Shown: positions 1-9,074 of the stretch, piece after piece | How positions within the stretch are numbered: position 1 is the first letter of the stretch | How the letters are laid out: each line of letters opens with the position of its first letter | Position numbers and translations under genes: made by a program | The notes under the pieces: generated by a model | Told to the model about the DNA's origin: nothing | The model's database searches: none | The model's input: the letters and a program-made list of their open reading frames with translations, nothing else | DNA from: Actinomycetes bacterium | GTDB lineage: Bacteria > Actinomycetota > Actinomycetes > DATJPE01 | DNA length: 64,000 nucleotides | Direction: 5' to 3' | Assembly: GCA_035506535.1 (NCBI GenBank) | Contig: DATJPE010000063.1 | Location: 227,903 to 291,902, forward strand

Positions 1-1682
1 CGGGTGATCCTCCCGGCGTCGAACATCGTGATGAAGTCGCTCTCGCCGAGGTACCCCCGCACTCCCAACACCCTTGATGCGACGTGAGCGGCGTCGGTGA
101 CGTCGAAGTTCTCGAGAAGGGCGAGCGGGTTCGACGCCACGATCTCCCGCAGCGGCCACGCCGGGCCGATCAGCCGGGCGGCGGTCGTCACGGCGTCGGT
201 TGCCAGCTCCGGGGTGATGACGGGCCTCGGGGCGGGGACGGTGGGCCATCCCGCATCGCGCGTCCTGGCGCGGGCCCACGGTGGCAAGGCGGTGGCAGCG
301 AGCCTGACCGCGAAGGGCCCACTGGCTCGACGGGGCAGCGCAACCGCGGTGATCGCCAGCACCGCGCCGCCCACGATGGTCGCGGCGACGAGCGCCACGG
401 CGACCTCGCTGCTCCAGACCGGGGCGAGCGGCAGGGTGGTGGCCAGCAGCCGCTCCCAGGCGGCCAGGCCCGTCGCGTACGCGCCGGCCAGCAGGGCGCC
501 ACCAGCGGCGACGAGAGCGATACCGGTGCGGGACGCGAGGCGAGAGAGCGAGGCGAGGACCGTGGCCACAACCGCGGTGATGATCGCGAAGACAGCCGGG
601 ATGACGGCGACTGGGCCGAGACCACCGACCGAACGCACCAGCGATGGTGCCGCCAGCATCGATGCTCCGACGATGCAGCCGACCGCCGCCACAGTGCCGG
701 TCGTCACTGCTCTCCGTGAGGTCCGGAGCGGGGTTCCGCGCCATCGGCTGCGAGTCACCGCACCACCCGCCCGCAGGAACAACCAGGCCTTGTAGAAGCC
801 ATGGCCGATGAGGTGCAGGACGGCGGCAGCCGGGAGCCCAAGGCCGACCTGCAGCGTCATGTAGCCCATCTGCGCGATCGTCGAGCAGGCCAGCCGACCC
901 TTCACGTCGGCCCGCAGCCGCCCGGCCAGTGTCCCGAACACGACGGATGCTGCGCCGACACCCATGAGGACGAGAAGCGACACGCGGCTGGCGCGAAACA
1001 GCGGCCAGAACAACGCCGCCAGGATGCCTGTGCCGTTGACCAGTCCGGCATGCAGCAACGCCGACACGGGGGATGGGGCCTCGGCTGTCTCGGGCAGCCA
1101 GCGCCAGACTGGGAACAGTGCGGAGCGGATCACGCACGCCCCGACCAGAAGGAGAACGACGACGTCCGTGCCTCGTCCACCGGCGATGTCGCCCACCTCG
1201 GCTCGGTCGAGGCTGGGAAGGACCACCAGCCCGAGGAGGACGGCCGTCCACATGAGAAGGTCCCCGAGCAGAAGACGCCGGCGGACGTACCCAGCGGCTC
1301 GGATGGCGCGCGGCGTACCCGCGTGGGCAACCAGCGCCGCCATGCCGAGTCCGCTGACCGTCCACCCAAGGGCGAAGACCGGCAGGCTCGCGGCGCTCAC
1401 CATGACCGCCAGCGCGCCCAACGTGCCCATCAGCAGGGCACCGAAGCGACCCGTTCCAGACTGGCCACGCAGGTTCCTGCCGGCGTAGGACGAGACCACC
1501 CACCCGATGCAGCCGACGAAGCAGAGCAGGACCGCGCTGAGCACGTCGATGCGCAGCCCGAGGGCCGAGGCGCCGACGTGTACCGGCGTGGCTTCGAGCG
1601 GGGCGACGCCGGCGCCGAGCGCGACCAGACCGGCTCCACCGGCGATCAGGAGGGCCAGGGCGAGACGGGCGGCGCCGGTCAT
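1..1682 (-). CDS. Proton-conducting membrane transporter subunit (NuoL/MrpA/DabB family), partial: stop codon lies beyond the window edge. The C-terminal soluble region may be DabA/DUF2309-like.
   Basis: Minus-strand ATG at 1682, preceded by a GGA-rich RBS. My hand translation ran open to position 1, with no in-frame stop in positions 1-480. An edge-running ORF would be omitted from the ORF track, which explains why it is not listed. The product is polytopic and carries the antiporter-type motif 'HLIGHGFYKAWLFL' (the HxxGHAFFKALLF motif of NuoL/MrpA/MrpD). After about 400 aa the sequence becomes soluble, with 'PAWPLREIVASNPLALLENFDV', which I tentatively recall as DabA/DUF2309-like. Confidence 0.55.
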   Translation of the reverse strand, partial: MTGAARLALALLIAGGAGLVALGAGVAPLEATPVHVGASALGLRIDVLSAVLLCFVGCIGWVVSSYAGRNLRGQSGTGRFGALLMGTLGALAVMVSAASLPVFALGWTVSGLGMAALVAHAGTPRAIRAAGYVRRRLLLGDLLMWTAVLLGLVVLPSLDRAEVGDIAGGRGTDVVVLLLVGACVIRSALFPVWRWLPETAEAPSPVSALLHAGLVNGTGILAALFWPLFRASRVSLLVLMGVGAASVVFGTLAGRLRADVKGRLACSTIAQMGYMTLQVGLGLPAAAVLHLIGHGFYKAWLFLRAGGAVTRSRWRGTPLRTSRRAVTTGTVAAVGCIVGASMLAAPSLVRSVGGLGPVAVIPAVFAIITAVVATVLASLSRLASRTGIALVAAGGALLAGAYATGLAAWERLLATTLPLAPVWSSEVAVALVAATIVGGAVLAITAVALPRRASGPFAVRLAATALPPWARARTRDAGWPTVPAPRPVITPELATDAVTTAARLIGPAWPLREIVASNPLALLENFDVTDAAHVASRVLGVRGYLGESDFITMFDAGRIT

Positions 1683-1801
1683 CCGGAAGGTCATAGGAAG
1701 CATATTACCGGAAGTTGGATTCGTGTCTACTGAGACCTGCTTCGGGCTGCCGATACCATCGGCTCGCCCGGGAGAGCCGGGCTCGGGTGCGGGAGGCGGT
1801 C

Positions 1802-2116
1802 ATGACGGCGACGTCGGGGCTCGGCGCGGACACGGGGACCCCAGCGGCGCGAGCGTGGACCTTCCTGACCAACCACGGGCACGTCATGGTGTTCCTGAGC
1901 CGACAACCGGACGCGCGCATCCGCGACGTGGCGGCCGCGGTGGGCATCACGGAGCGCGCGACGCAGGCGATCCTCAGCGAGTTGGAGGCCGACGGCTACC
2001 TCACGAGGGTGAAGGCGGGGCGCCGCAACCGTTACGAGCTGCACCCAGACCTCACCTTCCGCCACCCCATCGAGGCCAGCCGACCGATCGGTGAGCTGCT
2101 GCGCATCTTCGGCTAG
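1802..2116 (+). CDS. Small HTH transcriptional regulator (ArsR/MarR-like winged helix), divergent from the transporter gene.
   Basis: ATG at 1802, with GGAGG 6 nt upstream. ORF-track frame 1715..2116. The sequence 'DVAAAVGITERATQAILSELEADGYLTRVKAGRRNRYEL' is an HTH plus wing. Confidence 0.5.
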   Translation: MTATSGLGADTGTPAARAWTFLTNHGHVMVFLSRQPDARIRDVAAAVGITERATQAILSELEADGYLTRVKAGRRNRYELHPDLTFRHPIEASRPIGELLRIFG

Positions 2117-2268
2117 ACCCGTCGGTGGGAGTTGTCAGACGCAACGGGCGGCCGAGCGCCCGAACCGCCTGACAACACGTCCGTGGACGCCGTCATCACG
2201 TTGCGCCGGCGGAGCTGTCATGCGTTTCGACAAGGCCCCTTGCCGAAACGCATGACAGCCCGAGGCGG

Positions 2269-2733
2269 TCAGGACACGAAGTAGTGGATGACCGAGGCAA
2301 GGCTGAAGACGACGCCCACCAGCAGGCCGAGCCCGCCGAGGACGAGAGCGCTCATGGTCATGCGTGGACGTACGTGTGCGTCGCGCGCCCGGAGCGCGAG
2401 CGCGATGGCTCCGATACCGAGCACGGGCTGGCTCAGGCTGAACCACACCGGCGTGGCGAGCACCAGCAGGATGCCGAGGGCGAGACCGGCTTTGGCGCAC
2501 CGATCGGGGTTGCCCCAGACCGCGCGGGCGACCGCGTACACGATGGCGGCCATGCCCACGATGAACGCGCCGACGTAGAGGTCGGTGCTGGCGATGTCAT
2601 CGTGGTTGGGCCGGTTCATGGACAGGTTGATGATCACCATGCAGGCGCCGCCGAACACGAGCGACGTTGCGGCGACGGTGCCGGGCGTCCAGCGCGAGGT
2701 TCGACCCGGGGCGGTGGTGGTGAGTGCGGTCAT
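2269..2733 (-). CDS. Small integral membrane protein (4 TM; DUF4383-like). The likely real start is the internal Met.
   Basis: ORF 2269..2955 minus. The N-terminal 74 aa are Arg/Ser-rich junk. The hydrophobic protein begins at 'MTALTTTAPGRTS...'. It is divergent from a sensor kinase, which is a common arrangement. Confidence 0.45.
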   Translation of the reverse strand: MTALTTTAPGRTSRWTPGTVAATSLVFGGACMVIINLSMNRPNHDDIASTDLYVGAFIVGMAAIVYAVARAVWGNPDRCAKAGLALGILLVLATPVWFSLSQPVLGIGAIALALRARDAHVRPRMTMSALVLGGLGLLVGVVFSLASVIHYFVS

Positions 2734-2896
2734 GTCAGTTCCTCCGGTTGATGGTGGGCGGGACTCGCCCAACCGTGGCCGGTGAGGAGTGGGCACGTCG
2801 TCCGTGCTGCGGCCGATCCGGATCCTCCGTGAGGCAGATTTCGGGGTCCCTCTCAAGGGGGAGGACTGGCGCCGGTCCCGCGCATACAGTTCCCGC

Positions 2897-4069
2897 GTGA
2901 GCGATCGACTGGAGGCCCGGTGGGCGCGGCTCACCGTGCGCTCGCAACGGTTCAAGACCTATCCCGGCGACGTCCTCCTTGCCCTGGTCCTGGGCGTCCT
3001 GGTGCAGTTCGACATCCACGGCGATCCCCAGTGGCGGGGGCCGATCTGGGTGAACTCCCTGTGCATGCTGTTCGCCGCGCTCGCTCTGGTCTGGCGGCGC
3101 GCGTACCCGACCGTGACCTGCGCCGTCGTCGTCGGTGCCGTGGCGATCCCGGCCGCCCTCTACGGGGCCTCTGACTCGCCGGTCGCGCTGTTCATGATCC
3201 TCGTCGTGGCCTACACCTCTGCGGCCCGCTCCAGGTCGCCCCTGCTGGCTTCGTTGATCCTCGCGTCGGGCATCGCCCTGCACGACGTCAGGGACCCACA
3301 GATCAAGTCCATCGGCGACTGGACGTATGACTCGACGATCCTCGGTCTGACCTTCCTCGTCGGGCTCACGAGCCGTTGGCGGCAGCGCCGGCTCGAGAAG
3401 GCGGAGCACGCCATCGGCGAACGCGCGCTCGAGCTCGAGGCGCTGGCAGCCGAAGCCAGCGCAGAGGAACGTCGCCGGATGGCCCGCGAACTCCACGACA
3501 TCGTGTCGCACAGCCTGGGCATCGTGGTCCTGCAGGCCGGCGCGGCGGAAGCGGTGCTCGACACCGATCCCGCACAGGCCCGTCAGGCGATGGAACTCAT
3601 CCGTCGTACCGGACTCGAGGCCATCAACGAGATGAGCCGCCTGCTGGGCCTCCTGCGTGGGGAGCCGGAGGCGTCACGAAGCCCCCAGCCGTGCCTGTCC
3701 GATGTGGCCGGTCTCGTCGAGCGCACCCGCGTCGCCGGGCTCGACGTACGGCTCGACATCGAGGGGACGCCCGTGGAGCTGCCGGCCGCCATCGAGCTCT
3801 CGGCCTATCGCGTGGTGCAGGAGGGTTTGACGAACGTGCTCAAGCACGCGGCCGGCTCACCGACTCGGGTCGTGCTCCGCTACACCGAGGACGAGCTCGA
3901 GGTCAGCGTCCGCAATGAGTCGCACGGACAGTCGGCCGGAGCAGCGCCCAGCGGAGGGCGCGGACTCCCCGGCCTGCGCGAACGCGTCGCCGTCTTCGGA
4001 GGCCGCTTCGACGCCGGACCGGTCGACGGCGGCTGCTGGCGCCTGCAGGCCGCACTTCCAGTCACATGA
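2897..4069 (+). CDS. Sensor histidine kinase, NarL/DesK-type (HisKA_3 + HATPase_c) with an N-terminal multi-TM sensor.
   Basis: H-box 'MARELHDIVSHSLGIVVLQAGAAE' and ATPase motifs 'VVQEGLTNVLKHA', 'GGRGLPGLRERV'. The start is ambiguous: the ORF opens at 2789, while the GTG at 2897 precedes the first TM. Confidence 0.75.
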   Translation: MSDRLEARWARLTVRSQRFKTYPGDVLLALVLGVLVQFDIHGDPQWRGPIWVNSLCMLFAALALVWRRAYPTVTCAVVVGAVAIPAALYGASDSPVALFMILVVAYTSAARSRSPLLASLILASGIALHDVRDPQIKSIGDWTYDSTILGLTFLVGLTSRWRQRRLEKAEHAIGERALELEALAAEASAEERRRMARELHDIVSHSLGIVVLQAGAAEAVLDTDPAQARQAMELIRRTGLEAINEMSRLLGLLRGEPEASRSPQPCLSDVAGLVERTRVAGLDVRLDIEGTPVELPAAIELSAYRVVQEGLTNVLKHAAGSPTRVVLRYTEDELEVSVRNESHGQSAGAAPSGGRGLPGLRERVAVFGGRFDAGPVDGGCWRLQAALPVT

Positions 4070-4076
4070 GTGGACG

Positions 4077-4727
4077 ATGAGCGTTCGCGTCGTCCTGGTC
4101 GACGACCAGCCGGTCGTCCGCAGCGGGCTGCGGATGATCCTGCAGGCCCAACCAGACCTCGAGGTCATAGGGGAGGCCGCCGACGGTGTCGAGGCGATCG
4201 AGGTCATCGCGGCGTCGGACCCCGACGTGGTGCTCATGGACATCCAGATGCCGACGCTGGACGGCATCGAGACCACCCGACGACTCCGGGCCTCGGGCTC
4301 GCGGGCTCGCGTTCTCGTCCTGACGACGTACGCGCTCGACGCCTACGTCTTCGACGCGCTTCAGGCCGGCGCTGCTGGCTTCCTGCTCAAGACCGACCCA
4401 CCGCAGACGATCGTGGACGGCGTCCGTACCGTCGCCGCAGGGGACGCGCTTCTCGCGCCGCAGGTGACTCGGAGGATCATCGACACCTTCGTGGCCCGGG
4501 CTCCGGCAGCACCGCAGGAACCGCCCGAGCTGAGCCGCCTGACGGAACGGGAGCGCGACGTGCTCAAGGAGCTCGCGCGCGGACTCTCCAACGCCGAGAT
4601 CGGGCAGGCCTTGTTCATCAGCGAGGGAACGGTCAAGACGCACGTCGCGCGGATCCTCGACAAGCTCGGCCTGCGCGATCGCGTCCAGGCGGTCGTGTAC
4701 GCCTACCAGCACGGTCTCAGCGGCTGA
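4077..4727 (+). CDS. Response regulator, NarL/LuxR family (REC + HTH_LuxR).
   Basis: 'VLVDDQPVVRSGLRMIL' and 'VLMDIQMP' (phospho-acceptor region). C-terminal 'LTERERDVLKELARGLSNAEIGQALFISEGTVKTHVARIL'. The ATG at 4077 lies 7 nt after the kinase stop. Confidence 0.85.
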   Translation: MSVRVVLVDDQPVVRSGLRMILQAQPDLEVIGEAADGVEAIEVIAASDPDVVLMDIQMPTLDGIETTRRLRASGSRARVLVLTTYALDAYVFDALQAGAAGFLLKTDPPQTIVDGVRTVAAGDALLAPQVTRRIIDTFVARAPAAPQEPPELSRLTERERDVLKELARGLSNAEIGQALFISEGTVKTHVARILDKLGLRDRVQAVVYAYQHGLSG

Positions 4728-4782
4728 GACCACGGTCACGCCCCGTCCGATCTGGTGCGCGAACCGGGTCGACACCGCCATC

Positions 4783-5613
4783 GTGACCGTCGAGGAGGCC
4801 GGCCACACCCCGTCCGGTCGGCAATACAGTGGGGATAGTGATCCGGCGTCATCAGGCGCCGCGGACACGATGACCGACAGCCACGCGGGAGCGATCGTCA
4901 TGACCGTGGGCGGGACCCCACCCGGAGGCGACGTCGAGGATCCGGATGCCGTCGTCCGGGAGTGGTACGACCAGCACTACTCGCTGATCTCCGCCTCCGC
5001 AGACGGATCGTTCTTCTCCCGGTACATGCACCGCACGATGGAGCGGCGATACGGCATCGCGAGCTCCTTCGATCGAGTGCTCGAGGTGGGCGGCAACCGA
5101 GCAGAGCACCTTCCATTCGTGCGGCACGGCTATCGCGAGTACGTCGTCAGCGACCTGTTCCCCCCGATCCTGGACGGCGCCGCCGCTGCCGACCCGCGGG
5201 TGAGCGCCGTGTCGTGCGACGTCGCTCGACTGCCCTTCCGCGACACCGCCTTCGACCGCCTGATCGCGACCTGCCTGCTCCACCATGTCGACAGCCCGAT
5301 GCGGGCCGCGCAGGAGATGCGTCGCGTCACCCGGGTGGGAGGAGTCATGACCATCCTGGTGCCGACCGATCCCGGACTGGCCTACCGGTTCGGCAAGGCG
5401 GTGACCTCGGGCCGGGCGGCCCGGCGCGCCGGGTTGGCGGAACGGCATCGCCTGGTGGCGGCGCTCGATCATCCGAATCACTTCGGCTCGATCAAGGAGC
5501 AGCTGCGTCACGTTTTCCGCAACGACGCGCTGACGATCGACTGGTGGCCCTGGCGGATGCCGAGCATGAGCCTCGAGGCCTTCGCGGTGTTCACGGTGGT
5601 GCGGTCCTGCTGA
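4783..5613 (+). CDS. Class I SAM-dependent methyltransferase (Methyltransf_11/25-like).
   Basis: Motif I-like 'VLEVGGNRAEH'. 'DLFPPILDG' and 'DRLIATCLLHHVDSP' match the type-11 methyltransferase pattern. Start not verified. Confidence 0.55.
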   Translation: MTVEEAGHTPSGRQYSGDSDPASSGAADTMTDSHAGAIVMTVGGTPPGGDVEDPDAVVREWYDQHYSLISASADGSFFSRYMHRTMERRYGIASSFDRVLEVGGNRAEHLPFVRHGYREYVVSDLFPPILDGAAAADPRVSAVSCDVARLPFRDTAFDRLIATCLLHHVDSPMRAAQEMRRVTRVGGVMTILVPTDPGLAYRFGKAVTSGRAARRAGLAERHRLVAALDHPNHFGSIKEQLRHVFRNDALTIDWWPWRMPSMSLEAFAVFTVVRSC

Positions 5614-5619
5614 GTCGGG

Positions 5620-6024
5620 TCAACGTCTCAATCCGCTGCCGATCAGGGCGATGCCGAGCAGGACGAAGGCACTGCCGAGGAGCTGGACGGCGGTGGGACG
5701 CTCCTTGAACAGCCAGAGGCTGGCCACCAGCGTGAGGCACAGCGTCGCCCCCACCGCCACGGGATAGGCGACGCTCAGCGGTGCACGCGTCAGCAGCACC
5801 ATCCAGAGCAGGAAGCTCGAGACGTACGCCGTCGCGCCCACGGCCGACCACCACACGGGCGCCGTGTTCCACCGCCCGGCTCCGACGTCGGTCTGCGCCT
5901 CCGGGAGCCACTTCTTGACCAGCACGATCCCCGCCACGCTGAGCAGGGTGTAGCCGACGAACAGGATCGCCACCAGGGCGACCGGGCCACGCAGCGCGTT
6001 CGCGCTCGTCTGCTCAGCCAACAT
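5620..6024 (-). CDS. Small 4-TM membrane protein, GtrA/ArnE-like (candidate lipid-linked sugar flippase subunit).
   Basis: 134 aa with four hydrophobic helices. Its start overlaps the stop of the GT2 gene (6014..6024), which suggests translational coupling. Confidence 0.5.
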   Translation of the reverse strand: MLAEQTSANALRGPVALVAILFVGYTLLSVAGIVLVKKWLPEAQTDVGAGRWNTAPVWWSAVGATAYVSSFLLWMVLLTRAPLSVAYPVAVGATLCLTLVASLWLFKERPTAVQLLGSAFVLLGIALIGSGLRR

Positions 6025-7069
6025 GCTCGCCCTGTGCGCCGCCGGCCGGGCCGGGGTCGCCGATCGTCCTCGCGATGAGGTACCGAGGCCGGCCCTTCAC
6101 CTCATCGAAGATCTGGCCCACGTACTCGGCGATGACGCCGAGGAAGAGAAGCTGCAGGCCACCGATGAAGGAGATCACGGCTAGCAGGCTCGTCCACCCG
6201 GGTGCGACGTAGTTCTGGGTGAAGTACGCGGCGATGGCGATGCACCCGTAGACGACGCTGAGCGTCGACATCACGACACCGATCCCGGCCGCGGCCCGCA
6301 GCGGGAACTTCGAGAAGGAGGTCACCCCGGTCGCCGCGAACTCGATCAGCAGTCGCAGCGAGTACTTGCTCGTGCCGGACTCGCGATCCCTGGACGTGAA
6401 GCCGACGTAGGCGACGGTGAAGCCGACCCAGCTCGTCAGCCCGCGGATGAAGGGGTTCCGCTCGGGGAGCTGGTCGCGGAAGACGTCCACCACGCGCCGG
6501 GACAGCAGCCGGAAGTCGGCCGAGCCGACTCGCAGATCGATGGAGGCGAGCCGGGACATGAGCCGGTAGAAGAGCTCGCTGGTCTTGCGCTTGAACCACC
6601 CGGTCCTCGGCGCATCCTGTCGGACCGCCTGCACGACATCGGCCCCGCGTTCGAACGCCTCCAGCAGATCGAGGATGACCTCCGGCGGATGCTGGCCGTC
6701 CGAGTCCAGCATCACCGCGGCGTCCCCATGGCAGTGCTCGAGCCCGGCGACGAGCGCCGCCTGGTGGCCGAAGCGCCTCGAGAGCACGAGAGTTCTCACT
6801 CGCGGATCGCTCGCGCAGATCTCCTCGAGGCGCCGCTCGGTCTCATCCGACGAGGGGTCCATGACGTACAGCACCCGGCTCGTGTACCGATCAGCGATCT
6901 TGTCCAGCACGCCCGAGAGCTCGGCGTGAAAGGCCTGGATCCCTTCCGCCTCCCGGTAGACCGGGCAGATGACCTCGATGTGACGCTCGCTCACGTCTGA
7001 CGGCACCTCGATCCGTCGTCTCCGAGCCGCGCGTGACGACTCGAGGGTGAGGCGCAGCCGGCGCTTCAT
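6014..7069 (-). CDS. GT2 family glycosyltransferase, polyprenyl-phosphate sugar synthase type (GtrB/ArnC/DPM1-like).
   Basis: 'ICPVYREAEGI', 'YVMDPSSDETERRL', 'MLDSDGQHPP' (DxD region) and two C-terminal TM helices typical of GtrB/ArnC. ATG at 7069 ('MKRRLRL'). The ORF-track N-terminal extension is junk. Confidence 0.75.
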   Translation of the reverse strand: MKRRLRLTLESSRAARRRRIEVPSDVSERHIEVICPVYREAEGIQAFHAELSGVLDKIADRYTSRVLYVMDPSSDETERRLEEICASDPRVRTLVLSRRFGHQAALVAGLEHCHGDAAVMLDSDGQHPPEVILDLLEAFERGADVVQAVRQDAPRTGWFKRKTSELFYRLMSRLASIDLRVGSADFRLLSRRVVDVFRDQLPERNPFIRGLTSWVGFTVAYVGFTSRDRESGTSKYSLRLLIEFAATGVTSFSKFPLRAAAGIGVVMSTLSVVYGCIAIAAYFTQNYVAPGWTSLLAVISFIGGLQLLFLGVIAEYVGQIFDEVKGRPRYLIARTIGDPGPAGGAQGEHVG

Positions 7070-7121
7070 ACTAGGCTGCAGGAGCGAGTTCCTCTCTCGA
7101 CGTCCCGGAGGCGCTGGACAG

Positions 7122-7859
7122 ATGATGGCGGTCCTCCTCGCCGGAGGGCTCGGTACGCGGCTGCGCCCGTACACGATGAACATCCCCAAGCCGCTGCTCC
7201 CGCTGGGGGACGTACCGACCATCGAGATCGTGGTCCGTCAGCTCGCCGAGCAGGGCTTCGACCGCGTCGTCGTGACCCTGGGGCACCTCCCCCAGCTGCT
7301 CATGGCCTTCCTGGAGGACGGCTCTCGCTTCGGTGTGGCTGTCGAGTACGAGGTCGAGAACCAACCGCTCGGCACCGCCGGGTCGCTGCGCCTGGTGCAC
7401 GGACTCGATGAGTCGTTCATCGTGATGAACGGCGATCTCCTGACGACGGTCGACTTCGCCTCGCTGCTGACGCAGCACGAGCAATCGGGCGCTGCGGCGA
7501 CCGTGGTCCTCACGCCTCGGCAGGTGCACATCGACTACGGCGTCGTGCACGTCACGACCGACCGGCGACTGGTCCGCTACGAGGAGAAGCCGACACTGGA
7601 CTACCTGGTCAGCACCGGGATCTACGCCTTGAGCAGGAGCGTCGTGGGACACGTTCCCGAGGGACGCTTCGACATGCCCGACCTGGTGACGGCGCTGCAC
7701 GAGTCCGGCGCGGACGTCCGTTGTCAGGTCAGCGACGCGTACTGGCAGGACATCGGGCGCTTCGACGACTACCAGCAGGCGAGCGCCGACTTCGTCGCCG
7801 ACCCCGGCCGGTTCCTGGCCCCTCAGTCACTGGCCAGCATCCACGCGGGCCAAGCATGA
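7122..7859 (+). CDS. Sugar-phosphate nucleotidyltransferase (NTP_transferase; glucose-1-P cytidylyl-/thymidylyltransferase-like).
   Basis: 'MMAVLLAGGLGTRLRPYTMNIPKPLLPLG' is the G-rich NTP-binding loop. ATG at 7122 follows 'GGAGG'. The upstream part of the ORF overlaps the divergent GT2 gene and is rejected. Confidence 0.75.
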   Translation: MMAVLLAGGLGTRLRPYTMNIPKPLLPLGDVPTIEIVVRQLAEQGFDRVVVTLGHLPQLLMAFLEDGSRFGVAVEYEVENQPLGTAGSLRLVHGLDESFIVMNGDLLTTVDFASLLTQHEQSGAAATVVLTPRQVHIDYGVVHVTTDRRLVRYEEKPTLDYLVSTGIYALSRSVVGHVPEGRFDMPDLVTALHESGADVRCQVSDAYWQDIGRFDDYQQASADFVADPGRFLAPQSLASIHAGQA

Positions 7860-9073
7860 GTTCGCTGCCACCCTCTCGTGCCAGTCTCGCTGCCCTCGTC
7901 GCACAGCGAGAGCGTTCGCTGTTCGCCCACGACGTCCTCGCCCATGCCGACGCGCTCCGCGAAGCGCTGCACGGGCGGCGGGTCCTGGTCATCGGCGGCG
8001 CGGGCAGCATCGGCTCGGCCACGGTCCACGAGATCGCGCGGGTCGGTCCCGCCGCGCTGCACGTGGTGGATGTCGACGAGAACGGCTTGGCCGAGGTCGC
8101 GCGCGACCTGCACAGCTCCGGCACCCTCGATGAGGACACCGCGTTCCGCACGACGCCACTCGACTTCGGCGGCCGCACGATGCGACGCCTGCTGGACGGG
8201 GACGAACGCTACGACCTGGTGTTGAACTTCGCGGCGATCAAGCATGTGCGCTCCGAGAAGGACGTGCTCTCTCTGCTGCGCATGCTCGAGATCAACGTGG
8301 TGGCCGCACGACGCTTGTTGGAACGGCTCGCGGAGCTCGGGGTGCCTCGATACTTCGCGGTGTCGACCGACAAGGCCGCCAACCCGGTCAACCTGATGGG
8401 GGCCAGCAAGCGGGCGATGGAGCTGGTCATGCTCGACGACCGCCTTCCCCAGGAGGTCACCTCTGCACGGTTCGCCAACGTCGCGTTCTCCAATGGCTCG
8501 CTCCTCGACGGCTGGTTGAGACGGCTCGACAAGCGGCAGCCCTGGGCGGTCCCGGTCGACACGCGGCGGTACTTCGTCACCCCTGAGGAGGCCGGGCAGC
8601 TGTGCTGCCTGGCGGCATCAGTGACGACCGACCGGCGCGTCGTCATCCCGGCCCTCGACCCCGACCGGCACTTGCGCGACCTGGTCGAGGTCGCGGTCGA
8701 GGTCATGGGCGCGCTGGGCCTGGAGCCGGACTTCTGCGACACCGAGGAGCAGGCTCGTGACCACATGCAGCGCGTCGGGGGAACCAAGCGCTGGCCGCTG
8801 CTTCTCACGCCGCTCGACACGGCCGGCGAGAAGGCGTTCGAGGAGTTCGTCGGGACGCATGACACCGTCCACGACGGGGAGTTCAGCGAGCTGAGAACGT
8901 TGACCACGACCTTGCGGGATGCGCGAGCGGTCGATGACTTCCTGGGCCGAGCGAACGACTTCCTGGACGGCGCTGCCGAGGCCACCGCCGAGGCCATCGG
9001 CGCCGCCCTTCAGGAATTCGTGCCTGAGCTTCAGCACAGACGCAGTGACAACAGCCTCGACCAGCGGATGTGA
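7856..9073 (+). CDS. Polysaccharide-biosynthesis protein CapD/PseB-like (NDP-sugar 4,6-dehydratase/epimerase, SDR fold).
   Basis: 'VLVIGGAGSIGSATVHEI' Rossmann loop and 'VSTDKAANPVNLMGASKR' (active-site YxxxK region with Y replaced, typical of the CapD/FlaA1 class). Start ATG 'MSSLPPSR' overlaps the preceding stop (ATGA). Confidence 0.7.
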   Translation: MSSLPPSRASLAALVAQRERSLFAHDVLAHADALREALHGRRVLVIGGAGSIGSATVHEIARVGPAALHVVDVDENGLAEVARDLHSSGTLDEDTAFRTTPLDFGGRTMRRLLDGDERYDLVLNFAAIKHVRSEKDVLSLLRMLEINVVAARRLLERLAELGVPRYFAVSTDKAANPVNLMGASKRAMELVMLDDRLPQEVTSARFANVAFSNGSLLDGWLRRLDKRQPWAVPVDTRRYFVTPEEAGQLCCLAASVTTDRRVVIPALDPDRHLRDLVEVAVEVMGALGLEPDFCDTEEQARDHMQRVGGTKRWPLLLTPLDTAGEKAFEEFVGTHDTVHDGEFSELRTLTTTLRDARAVDDFLGRANDFLDGAAEATAEAIGAALQEFVPELQHRRSDNSLDQRM

Positions 9074-9074
9074 G

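Noticed and set aside
84-1733. Plus-strand ORFs 84..719, 97..795, 801..1733, 964..1488
   Set aside because: All are antisense to the edge-running NuoL-like gene and have Arg/His/Gly-rich junk composition. None carries a recognisable motif.
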